Source: Spirochaetia bacterium (GTDB lineage: Bacteria > Spirochaetota > Spirochaetia > SZUA-6 > Bin103). From it: a DNA stretch of 64,000 nucleotides. How positions within the stretch are numbered: the first letter of the stretch is position 1; every line of letters begins with the position of its first letter. This document shows, piece after piece, positions 37,543 to 45,848 of the stretch. The notes beneath the pieces are model-generated. The model had not been told where the DNA came from. It searched no databases and saw nothing but the letters and a program-made list of their open reading frames with translations. The stretch lies in assembly GCA_965203905.1 (NCBI GenBank), contig CBDBDQ010000005.1, forward strand, positions 4,384,001-4,448,000. Direction: 5' to 3'. The position numbers and the translations under genes are program-made.

Positions 37543-39095
37543 GGTGCCAGGTCGGCAAGCACCAGGTCGGCTGTCGCCCGTGCCGAGTTGAGCACGCCGG
37601 GAATGCCGGCGCCGGGATGGGTGCCGGCGCCCACCAGGTAGAGATTCGGAATCCGCGGATCGCGGTTGTGCATCCGAAACCACGCGCTCTGGGTGAGCGT
37701 GGGCGCCAGGGAGAACGCGCTTCCGCGGTAGGCGTTGAGGTCGCGGCGGAAATCGAGCGGCGTCATCCAGTGGCGCAGCACGACGTGGGCGCGCAGATCG
37801 GGCAGCACGCGCTCCAGTGCCGCCAGGACGCGCTCGGCGTAGGCGCCGGCAATTTCTTCCCACGGCAGCTCGGCGTTGCCCAGGTGGGGGACCGGCGCCA
37901 GCACGTAGAAGGCACCGCAGCCGGACGGCGCCAGCCCGGGGTCGGTCACGTGCGGGGCATGCAGGTAGAGGGAGAAGTCCTCCGGCAGTCCGTCGCCATG
38001 GAAGATGTCGGCCAGCAGCTCGCGATAGCGCGGTCCGAACAGCACGGTGTGATGCGCCACCCGGTCGCGGTAGTCACGGTCGGTGCCGAAGTACAGCACG
38101 AACAGGGACATCGACCAGGTGGAGCGCTCCAGCCGGCGGCGCCGCCGGTCGGCCGCGGCGGTACCCCGATAGAGCGCGGCGTAGGTGTGATGTACGTCGG
38201 CATTCGAGACCACCGCGTCGAAGCGCTCGCGGCGCTCGGCGCCCTCGCTCGCGAAGGTTACCAGGTGGGCCGCGCCGCCGCGGCTGCCGCTGACTTCGAT
38301 CCGGTGCACCGGGCTCTGCAGCAGCAGCCGGCCGCCGAGGGAGGTGAACAGGGTGGCCAGGGCACCCACCAGGGCGCCGACGCCGCCGCGCGGGAAGAAC
38401 ACTCCCCAGCGCCGTTCCAGGAAGTGGATAAGCGTGTAGATGGCGCTGGTCTCGAACGGATTGCCACCTACCAGGAGGGAGTGGAAACTGAGCGCCTGGC
38501 GCACCCGCTCGTCGCGAATGAAGTGCGCCACGGCGTGATACACCGAGCGGTCGGCGCGCAGCGCGGCGAGTTTGGGCGCCACCCGTACCATGTCCCAGAA
38601 GCGCAGGAACGGTGTCGCCGCGAGCTCTTCGTAGCCGGCCTTGAACACCGCGCCCGCGTAATCGTGAAAACGGCGGTAGCCGGCTGCGTCCGCCGGGTTC
38701 CGGCGCGCGATCTCCGCCTCCAGCGCCGCCCCGTCCGAGCAGTAGTCGAGGAAATCGCCGTCCGGCCACAGCAGCCGGTAGAGTGGGTCGACGGCGATCA
38801 GCTCCACGTGGTCCGCCAGATTGCTGCCGGCGAGGTGGAACAGATCCTCCAGCAGGGTGGGATCGGTAATCACCGTCGGACCCATGTCGAATCTGAACCC
38901 GTCCCGTTGCCACACGTAGGCGCGCCCGCCGGGACGCTCGCGGGCCTCCAGCAGGGTGGTCTCGACTCCCGCCGCCTGCAGGCGGATGGCGGTGGCGAGT
39001 CCACCGAAGCCGCTGCCCACCACGGCGACTCGCAACGGTCCCTGCGGCAGCGGGCGTGAGGTTCCGCGCCGCGCGACGGCCGGTGTCACGGTCAC
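37539..39095 (-). CDS. crtI: Phytoene desaturase
   Basis: VVGSGFGGLA, FDMGPTVIT, TQSAWFR, LVGAGTHPGAGIPGV. Confidence 0.95.
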   Translation of the reverse strand: MTVTPAVARRGTSRPLPQGPLRVAVVGSGFGGLATAIRLQAAGVETTLLEARERPGGRAYVWQRDGFRFDMGPTVITDPTLLEDLFHLAGSNLADHVELIAVDPLYRLLWPDGDFLDYCSDGAALEAEIARRNPADAAGYRRFHDYAGAVFKAGYEELAATPFLRFWDMVRVAPKLAALRADRSVYHAVAHFIRDERVRQALSFHSLLVGGNPFETSAIYTLIHFLERRWGVFFPRGGVGALVGALATLFTSLGGRLLLQSPVHRIEVSGSRGGAAHLVTFASEGAERRERFDAVVSNADVHHTYAALYRGTAAADRRRRRLERSTWSMSLFVLYFGTDRDYRDRVAHHTVLFGPRYRELLADIFHGDGLPEDFSLYLHAPHVTDPGLAPSGCGAFYVLAPVPHLGNAELPWEEIAGAYAERVLAALERVLPDLRAHVVLRHWMTPLDFRRDLNAYRGSAFSLAPTLTQSAWFRMHNRDPRIPNLYLVGAGTHPGAGIPGVLNSARATADLVLADLAP

Positions 39096-40357
39096 CGCGA
39101 CCTCTGCGCGGCCCCGGCGGGACGACCGGCGGCCCCTCCGGCAGCGGTGGCGCCGGCAGCGTGCGCCGGGCTGGAGCCAGCGGCACCAGCCGCTTGCGGA
39201 GTCCGCCGCGATCGGTGCCAGGTCCGCCATTGGCGCAGCGACAGGCCCCGCGGGGGGCGCCCGCCGAGGATGCGGATCTTGTCTCGCCGGTTGAGGCGCA
39301 GGCTGAACAGGCGCCGGATGGTGGGTTCGGGCAGGCGAAAGAAGCGGGCGAAGACGGCGCGCCGCGCGGGCGCCGGGTAACCGCGGAACAGCAGCCGGTT
39401 CAGCAGGCAGCAGAAGCGTGCGCGCCGCTGCAACCGCAGCCGGGCGGCCGTGGCGGCCGCCGCCAGCGCCGCGGGCGGGGTGGCGGCCACCAGCTCCGCC
39501 AGTTCCGCGGCCTGCGGCAGCGAGTAGCCGGTGCCGGGGTGGAACCAGCCGCCGCCGTAGCCCCCTTGCACTACGCCGCGGTCGGCCGCCGGAGGCGGCG
39601 GCATCCGCAACGGCATCGGCAGCACGCCCCGCTCGCTGCGGTCGACCGTCTCCGGCTGCCAGCCGTGGTGCCGCAGCCAGGCCGCGATGCCCTCCCGCCG
39701 CTGCTCCACGTCGAGCTCGGGGCCATCGGAGAAGGTAGTATCTTCCAGCAGCGCGCGCCGCGCGTCCAGGGGCAGCACGTACATGAACCGAAACCCGTCG
39801 TGCTGATCGACGGTGGCGTCCATCACGATGGGTCGGGTGAGCCCGTGCGGCGCGCGCAACGTAACCTCCTGGCCGTAGAACTTCTGGTAGCCGCATTCCG
39901 GGTCGGGAGTTCGCGCACCGCGGGCATCGATCACCATGCGCGCTTCCAGCCGGCGGCCGTCGCCCAGGTGCAGGGTGGTCGACTCCAGGTGCCGGACCGG
40001 CGCCCGTTCCCAGAGCAGGGCGCCGCGGGCGCTCAGCATGGTGCGTACCGCATTGCGCAGGCGCGGGCTCGAAATCATGAAGTAGGGCGTGGCCAGTACC
40101 CTTCGATAGCCGGGGAAGCGCACCTCGTAGCTGCTCCAGCTATGGACAACGAACGCACCGACCCAGCGCTGCATCGCGGGCGACAGATCGCCGCCGTAGT
40201 AGCACCAGGTGTGGTTGCCGCCTACCGTCTCCTGCTCCACCAGCGCCAGGCGCCGCCAGGCCTCCGCGCCCGGTGCGGCCCGATGTCCGTGCAGCGCTGC
40301 CACGATGAGCGCGTTCTGCAACCCGCCGCCGCACAGGGCGAGGTCGACCGTTGCCAT
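39092..40357 (-). CDS. crtY: Lycopene beta-cyclase, CrtY type
   Basis: GGGLQN, GGNHTW, YQKFYGQE, MDATVDQHDGFRFMYVLP, FHPGTGYSLP. Confidence 0.9.
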   Translation of the reverse strand: MATVDLALCGGGLQNALIVAALHGHRAAPGAEAWRRLALVEQETVGGNHTWCYYGGDLSPAMQRWVGAFVVHSWSSYEVRFPGYRRVLATPYFMISSPRLRNAVRTMLSARGALLWERAPVRHLESTTLHLGDGRRLEARMVIDARGARTPDPECGYQKFYGQEVTLRAPHGLTRPIVMDATVDQHDGFRFMYVLPLDARRALLEDTTFSDGPELDVEQRREGIAAWLRHHGWQPETVDRSERGVLPMPLRMPPPPAADRGVVQGGYGGGWFHPGTGYSLPQAAELAELVAATPPAALAAAATAARLRLQRRARFCCLLNRLLFRGYPAPARRAVFARFFRLPEPTIRRLFSLRLNRRDKIRILGGRPPRGLSLRQWRTWHRSRRTPQAAGAAGSSPAHAAGATAAGGAAGRPAGAAQRSR

Positions 40358-40380
40358 GGCCGGCAGCCGCCTGGCGTGCT

Positions 40381-41559
40381 TCAGGGACGGCGCGCCAGCA
40401 TGGCGCCGATCATCCGCCGCAGCGACTCCCGGTGCACCGGCTCCACCGGCAACGCCGCAATACGCTCCATCGCCGCGGCCGAAGAACGCTGCAGGTGACG
40501 TCCGATGAGCCCGCGAATGCCCGCGCGGTCGACCGCCGCGCGCACCCGGTGCAGGTCGGCCGGCTGCAGTTCGCCGTTGCCGAACAGCGGCTTGAGCTGT
40601 GCCCACTCGGGTGCGGGAAGCAGGCGGTCGAGCAGAGCGTAGAACAGCGTATGCCGGCCCTCCCGCACGTCCGTCCCTACCGGCTTGCCCAGCGCTTCCG
40701 CGTCTCCGAACAGGTCGAGCTCGTCGTCAATCACCTGGAACATCTCACCCATCGCCTGGCCGATGGCCGCCAGTTCAGCCACCGTGTCCCGCTGCAGCCG
40801 GCCCAGCAGGCCGCCGACGGTGAGCGGCAATGCGCAGGAGTACCCGGCCGTCTTCTGAGCGTATACGTCGAGAATGGCGGCGTCGCTGCCGTTGTGATGT
40901 AGCGCCAGGCGCATCTCGTGCAACTCGCCGAGTCCCGCGGCGCCCACCGTCCGGGTGACCGCGGTGAGGACGCGGCGCTTGATACGCTCCTCGACATCCA
41001 GTTGGGCGAGCATCTCGAAGGCAAAGAAGAAGCCGATGTCGCCGGCGCAGAGGGCCATGCTGCGACCGATGTGGGCGGCCTCCGCGGCACCGCGGGCAGC
41101 CGCGAGCTGCGCGTAGCGGACGTGCCAGGAGGGCTGACCGCGGCGCTCGTCGCTGCGGTCGATGATGTCGTCATGAATCAGCATGGCCGAGTGCAGCAGT
41201 TCCAGGGCTGACGCGCAGCGCAGTACGTCGTCGGTCAGTTGTCGGCTGCCGCTCATGCGATAGGCGAGCACCACCAGCATGGCGCGCATCATCTTTCCGC
41301 GGCCGACGTACTGCGCGTAGCGGCCAGCCACGTCACCGGTCCCGTCGGAGCGCTGTTTGGCCTCCAGAAACCGGTGCAGGTAGGCTTCCACCGCGGCGCG
41401 GTCGTGGCGCGCAAAGAGAACCTGAGTGGCGGGCCGGCCGACGGTCGCTGGCAACCCGGTCACCTCCTGCCGCCCCGAAACCGCCGCCTCGCGGCGCCGC
41501 TTTCGGCCCAGCCCAGCCTCACGTACGGAGTCCTGTCGGATCTGCCGTGGGCGCGCCAC
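40381..41559 (-). CDS. crtE: Polyprenyl (GGPP) synthase; start uncertain
   Basis: GKMMR, LIHDDIID...RRG, KTA, FQVIDDELD, GKPVGTDVREG. Confidence 0.88.
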   Translation of the reverse strand: MARPRQIRQDSVREAGLGRKRRREAAVSGRQEVTGLPATVGRPATQVLFARHDRAAVEAYLHRFLEAKQRSDGTGDVAGRYAQYVGRGKMMRAMLVVLAYRMSGSRQLTDDVLRCASALELLHSAMLIHDDIIDRSDERRGQPSWHVRYAQLAAARGAAEAAHIGRSMALCAGDIGFFFAFEMLAQLDVEERIKRRVLTAVTRTVGAAGLGELHEMRLALHHNGSDAAILDVYAQKTAGYSCALPLTVGGLLGRLQRDTVAELAAIGQAMGEMFQVIDDELDLFGDAEALGKPVGTDVREGRHTLFYALLDRLLPAPEWAQLKPLFGNGELQPADLHRVRAAVDRAGIRGLIGRHLQRSSAAAMERIAALPVEPVHRESLRRMIGAMLARRP

Positions 41560-41571
41560 TCCGCCAGCCTC

Positions 41572-42846
41572 CTACCGATGCAGGGCATACACTCGGTAGC
41601 CATCCTCGCGGATCCGTTCCAGGTAGAAGGAATCGCGCGGAATCCCGCCCATCGCATCCCGACTCGGGGCCGTGTATCCGGAACCGTCGAGGCCGCCGGT
41701 CACCCAGCGGTCGTAGTCGTCGGAGCGGGCGTCCTGGGCGTGGTTGAGCGTGGAGTCCATGTCCCAGCGGCGAATGACCTCGGGCGCCCGGTGTGCCACC
41801 CGTCCGCCCAAGGCCACCGCCGTGTTGCCGGATCCGTAAGACAGCAGCAGCAGGCGTTCTCCCACCATGCGCTCGCCGCGCCGTTGGCAGCGCCGATTGA
41901 GCAGCGAGGCGAGCCCGAGGAACACGGACCCCGAATAGAGGTTGCCGACGATTGCGGCCGGAGCGATCGAGGCGTCGAAGTCGCGCTGTGCCAGGTAGTC
42001 CTGCAGATCGGATCCCGAGAGTCCCAGGTACTTGGTAACCAGCGAGCTCATCATCTCCAGCGGAAGCTGGTGGTAGGGGGCATGGAAGGCGAACAGGTCG
42101 GTCTGTTGCAGAGCCTCCGCCGGCGTCTGATGGGTGCGCCGGCAGTGGTCGAGAAACGCATCCTCGATGGTCTCCTTGTAGCAATGCACCGAGAACGCCC
42201 CTCGCACCCGCGGCGTCTCGGCCCCGATCGGCCGGAAGAAGTCGTCGACATCACGCGAGGCGTAACCCGCACCGGCCAGCTCCAGCTCCACCAGGCCACA
42301 GCCGCGTTCGGCGATCATCGCCACCGCGCCGGCGCCCTGCGTGATCTCGGCGCTGGTACCCGCGTCGTAGCGCGCCACGTCGGTGCAGATCACCAGGCCG
42401 CGTTCGTCGCTGCCGTGGCTGAGGGAAAGCAGGGCGTTGACGCCCAGCAGCGAGTAGGTGCCGCCGGCGCAGGCGTGCTGCGTCTGGAACGTCGCGATGG
42501 CGTCGGGAATCGGGAACCCCGCGGCCCGCAGCATACCGCCGACGTGGGCGGCGATCGGCTTGGCCATGTCGGTGGCGGACTCGGTGCCCACGGCGATGTA
42601 ACGCAGGCTGGCGATGGCGCTGTGATTCATGCGTGAGAGAAGCTGCATCGCCGCCTGCGCCGCCATGGTGACCGCATCCTCCCAAAAGTGGGGAAAGCGT
42701 ACCGAGATCTGCCCGGTCTTGTGGATGGCGCGGTCCAGTATCCGCTTGATGGTGGGGTTGGAGAGGGAGTAGCGCTCCAACAGACGGCTCAGCCGCATCA
42801 GCAGCTTGGGGATGTAGACTGCCATGTCGCCGATTCCAGTATTCAT
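41572..42846 (-). CDS. mvaS: Hydroxymethylglutaryl-CoA synthase
   Basis: GTES, QHACAGG (catalytic Cys), EITQGAGAVA, FHAPY, GNLYSGS, SYGSG. Confidence 0.9.
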   Translation of the reverse strand: MNTGIGDMAVYIPKLLMRLSRLLERYSLSNPTIKRILDRAIHKTGQISVRFPHFWEDAVTMAAQAAMQLLSRMNHSAIASLRYIAVGTESATDMAKPIAAHVGGMLRAAGFPIPDAIATFQTQHACAGGTYSLLGVNALLSLSHGSDERGLVICTDVARYDAGTSAEITQGAGAVAMIAERGCGLVELELAGAGYASRDVDDFFRPIGAETPRVRGAFSVHCYKETIEDAFLDHCRRTHQTPAEALQQTDLFAFHAPYHQLPLEMMSSLVTKYLGLSGSDLQDYLAQRDFDASIAPAAIVGNLYSGSVFLGLASLLNRRCQRRGERMVGERLLLLSYGSGNTAVALGGRVAHRAPEVIRRWDMDSTLNHAQDARSDDYDRWVTGGLDGSGYTAPSRDAMGGIPRDSFYLERIREDGYRVYALHR

Positions 42847-43796
42847 GCTCGCTTCCTCCATGCCGGCTCCGCCGCGGGAACGCTGGCCGTGAGCCGCATG
42901 CGCAGCGTAGCGCGGGTCCCGCCCAGGTCTGCAACCACCGCGCCCCGTCCCTCGATGGCGCGGCGTGCGGCATGCGCGCCCGCGCCGCCGCAGAGCACGA
43001 TCGCGCCCGCCGGCACCGAGCCTACCACGACTTCCAGCGCTTGCAGACGGGTCTGCGGCACCGGGCTCTGGGTGAAGCCGATCAGCACCGCGCCGGCGCG
43101 GTGCGCGGCCAGCGTCGCTACCACGCACCGTGCGGGCGTATCGGTACCGAGGTATATCACCCGCCAGCCCTCCGCCGCGGCGACCACCGCCGCCGCCAGG
43201 GTGCCCAGCTCGTGCAGTTCTCCGCACAAGGTACCGGCAACCGCGACCGGCGCTTCGCGCGCCGGCCGTTGCTGCGCCAGGGCCGCACCGAGGAAGGTCC
43301 GAAAGGCGGCGCTGGCCAGGTGTTCGTGATGGGGCTCCAGGTCGCCGTCGGCCCAGCGGCGTCCAATCCGCTGCATGACCGGTGCGATGAGCGATTCGGC
43401 TACCGCGACGTGGCCGAAACTGGCAGCCGTACGGGTCAGTGTGTCGCTGAGCAGCCAGGGATCCAGGCGCTCGACGGCCTGCTCGCAGGCGCCTGCCTGG
43501 GTCTCGAGGTACGCCGGCGCGGAGCCGTTCCCGGCCTGCTGCAGCAGGCTGATGATCTGGGAATCGGTGAGCGGTGCCAGCTCCGCAATGGAACTGCCGC
43601 CACGCTGGGCGGCACGCAGCAGTTGCAGCCGGCGTACGTCGCGCTCGGAATACCGCCGGTGCCTGCCGCGGGAGCGTTCCGGCGCCACGACCTGGTAACG
43701 GCGCTCCCATACCCGCAGCGTATGTTCGCTGAGACCGGTGCGGCGCACGACCGTGCCGATCGAGTAGTAGCGTGGTGCGGCGTTCGACTCTGCCAC
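42843..43796 (-). CDS. carH: CarH/LitR-type MerR regulator with B12-binding domain
   Basis: MerR HTH (TLRVWERRY, RRYS), W-x9-EH motif (WADGDLEPHHEH), ELHELG, YLG; heads the crt operon. Confidence 0.88.
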   Translation of the reverse strand: MAESNAAPRYYSIGTVVRRTGLSEHTLRVWERRYQVVAPERSRGRHRRYSERDVRRLQLLRAAQRGGSSIAELAPLTDSQIISLLQQAGNGSAPAYLETQAGACEQAVERLDPWLLSDTLTRTAASFGHVAVAESLIAPVMQRIGRRWADGDLEPHHEHLASAAFRTFLGAALAQQRPAREAPVAVAGTLCGELHELGTLAAAVVAAAEGWRVIYLGTDTPARCVVATLAAHRAGAVLIGFTQSPVPQTRLQALEVVVGSVPAGAIVLCGGAGAHAARRAIEGRGAVVADLGGTRATLRMRLTASVPAAEPAWRKRA

Positions 43797-43890
43797 GGTA
43801 CGGAAAAAACTCGCGCAATGTAGAGATTTCGTCAAGGTTTCACGTACAATGAATTTGTCAGTGTTTAGGTCTGGCAGACGGGAGAACGGG
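43797..43890. promoter_or_regulatory. AT-rich divergent promoter region with a putative CarH operator
   Basis: Minus strand shows TAAACA, CTGACA, TTGACG and TCTACA; the last two are 11 bp apart, like CarH TnnACA direct repeats. Confidence 0.45.
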
Positions 43891-44790
43891 ATGAAAATAG
43901 TGCTTACCGGTGGAACCGGCCTGATCGGAACGCACCTGATAAAGAGCCTCGCTGCGCAGGGTCACCAACTGACGCTGCTGACCCGCGATCCGGCGCGGGC
44001 CCCGGCGGGTGTGCCGGCGGCAGCCTGGCAGCCGCTGGAGGAGGCGGCGCCGGCGCAGGCTCTGAACGGCGCCGATGCCGTGATCCACCTGGCGGGCGAA
44101 CCGATCGCCGCCGGCCGCTGGACGGCGGCGCGGCGCGAACGGATCGAAGCGAGTCGCTGGACCGGTACCGCCAACCTGGTGCAGGGCCTGGTCGCTGCCG
44201 AGCGGCGGCCGCGGGTACTGCTCGCCGGGTCGGCCGTGGGCTACTACGGGGACCGCGGCGAGGAGCTGCTGGAGGAGAAGGCCACCCCGGGAGCCGGCTA
44301 TCTGGCCGCGGTCACCGAGCGCTGGGAGCGGGAGGCGGCCGCCGCGGACCAACTGAGAGTCCGCGTGGTGTATCTGCGTACTGGTGTGGTGCTGGCGCGC
44401 GAGGGCGGCGCGCTGCCGCGCATGGCGGCACCGTTTCGCGCCGGGGCGGGCGGGCGCCTGGGCAATGGCCGGCAGTGGATGCCGTGGGTGCACATCGATG
44501 ACGTGGTCGGCCTGATCGAGCTGGCCCTCCGTAACGAGGAGCTGCACGGTCCGCTCAACCTGGTCGCGCCAGGCGCCGCGACCAACGCCGAACTCACCCG
44601 CGCTCTGGGGCAGGCGTTGCGGCGCCCGGCCTTCATGATCGTGCCGGCCCTCGCCCTGAAGCTGATGTTCGGCGGCATGAGCGAGACATTGCTCGCTTCC
44701 CAGCGCGTGGTCCCCGCGGCGGCCGGGCGGGCCGGCTACCGGTTTCGTTATCCGAATCTCGAGGCAGCGCTTGCCGACCTGCTGAGGTAG
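43891..44790 (+). CDS. TIGR01777 (YfcH-like) NAD-dependent epimerase family protein
   Basis: TGGTGLIG, HLAGEPI, SAVGYYG, LRTGVVL, GRQWMPWVHIDD, LASQRVVP. Confidence 0.92.
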   Translation: MKIVLTGGTGLIGTHLIKSLAAQGHQLTLLTRDPARAPAGVPAAAWQPLEEAAPAQALNGADAVIHLAGEPIAAGRWTAARRERIEASRWTGTANLVQGLVAAERRPRVLLAGSAVGYYGDRGEELLEEKATPGAGYLAAVTERWEREAAAADQLRVRVVYLRTGVVLAREGGALPRMAAPFRAGAGGRLGNGRQWMPWVHIDDVVGLIELALRNEELHGPLNLVAPGAATNAELTRALGQALRRPAFMIVPALALKLMFGGMSETLLASQRVVPAAAGRAGYRFRYPNLEAALADLLR

Positions 44791-44796
44791 CTCGGC

Positions 44797-45588
44797 TCAG
44801 AAGGAACTCAGCCAGCCGCCGTCCACGTACAGGATCTGGCCGGTGACGTAGTCGGCGGCGGGCGAGGCGAGGAACACCGCCGCGGTACCGATGTCGGACG
44901 GTGCGCCCCACGCCGCCAGCGGCGTGCGGCCGCGCACCCAGGCGTCGAAGTCGGCATCCTCCCAGAGAGGCCTGGTCAGGTCGGTCTTGATGTAGCCGGG
45001 GCCGATCGCGTTCACGTTGATCCGATACCTGGCCCAGTCCACCGCCAGCGACTTGGTCAGCTGGCGGATCGCGCCCTTGGTCGCGGCATACGGTGCGTTG
45101 TCCTCGCGCACCTGCTCGCTCATCAGCGAGGCGATGTTGATGATCTTGGCGCGTTGCTCCGGCGCGTCCTCCCGTGCCGAGCGCGCGATCTGGTCGCGGC
45201 CGAATTCCTGGCACAGCCGGAACACGGAGTTCAGATTGAGGTCCAGCACGAACTTCCAGTCTGCCGGAGAGATCCGCTCGGCCGGCGCGCGCCGAGTGCT
45301 CCCGGCGTTGTTCACCAGGATGTCCAGGGGCCCGTCGGCGCGTACCCGCCGGTACAGCTCGTCGATGCGGTCGACGTCGGTCAGGTCGTAGGGATACGCG
45401 ACCGCCCGCCCACCGCGGGCAACGACCTGGTCGCAAGCCGCCTGCAGCGCCTCCGGGTCACGGCTCACCAGGGCCAGAGCGGCGCCGGCGTCGGCCATGG
45501 CCAGGGCCACTCCCAGGCCGATACCACGGCTGCCGCCGCTCACCAGCGCGCGCCGGCCGGCGAGCGAAAACGGATCGGATGTTGCCAT
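44797..45588 (-). CDS. SDR oxidoreductase, gluconate 5-dehydrogenase-like
   Basis: SGGSRGIG, NNAG, YAATK, NAIGPGY, VDGG. Confidence 0.9.
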   Translation of the reverse strand: MATSDPFSLAGRRALVSGGSRGIGLGVALAMADAGAALALVSRDPEALQAACDQVVARGGRAVAYPYDLTDVDRIDELYRRVRADGPLDILVNNAGSTRRAPAERISPADWKFVLDLNLNSVFRLCQEFGRDQIARSAREDAPEQRAKIINIASLMSEQVREDNAPYAATKGAIRQLTKSLAVDWARYRINVNAIGPGYIKTDLTRPLWEDADFDAWVRGRTPLAAWGAPSDIGTAAVFLASPAADYVTGQILYVDGGWLSSF

Positions 45589-45680
45589 GGGCCGGATGCT
45601 ACTACGGGCGTCCGCCGGCGAACAGGCCGACGCCCTTTTCGTGTGTAGCTCCATGTGGCTACATGATGGACGGCGTCCAC

Positions 45681-45848
45681 TTACGAGGTGGGACCGACTG
45701 GAACTCCGCCGGCAAAGCCGTCCGGCCCCTTGGCGATGACCCGGTCCAGGTCGGTGCTGAGCTCGGCAAGCTGGTCGTCGTCCAGAATGCGCCCCGCGTT
45801 CAGGAATCCGTCGTCGTGGAACTGCTGCACCTGTTTCTGCGTCAGCAT
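45681..45848 (-). pseudogene. N-terminal fragment of a PhyH dioxygenase
   Basis: MLTQKQVQQFHDDGFL with GGAGG RBS; stops after 55 aa with no HxD motif. Confidence 0.65.
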
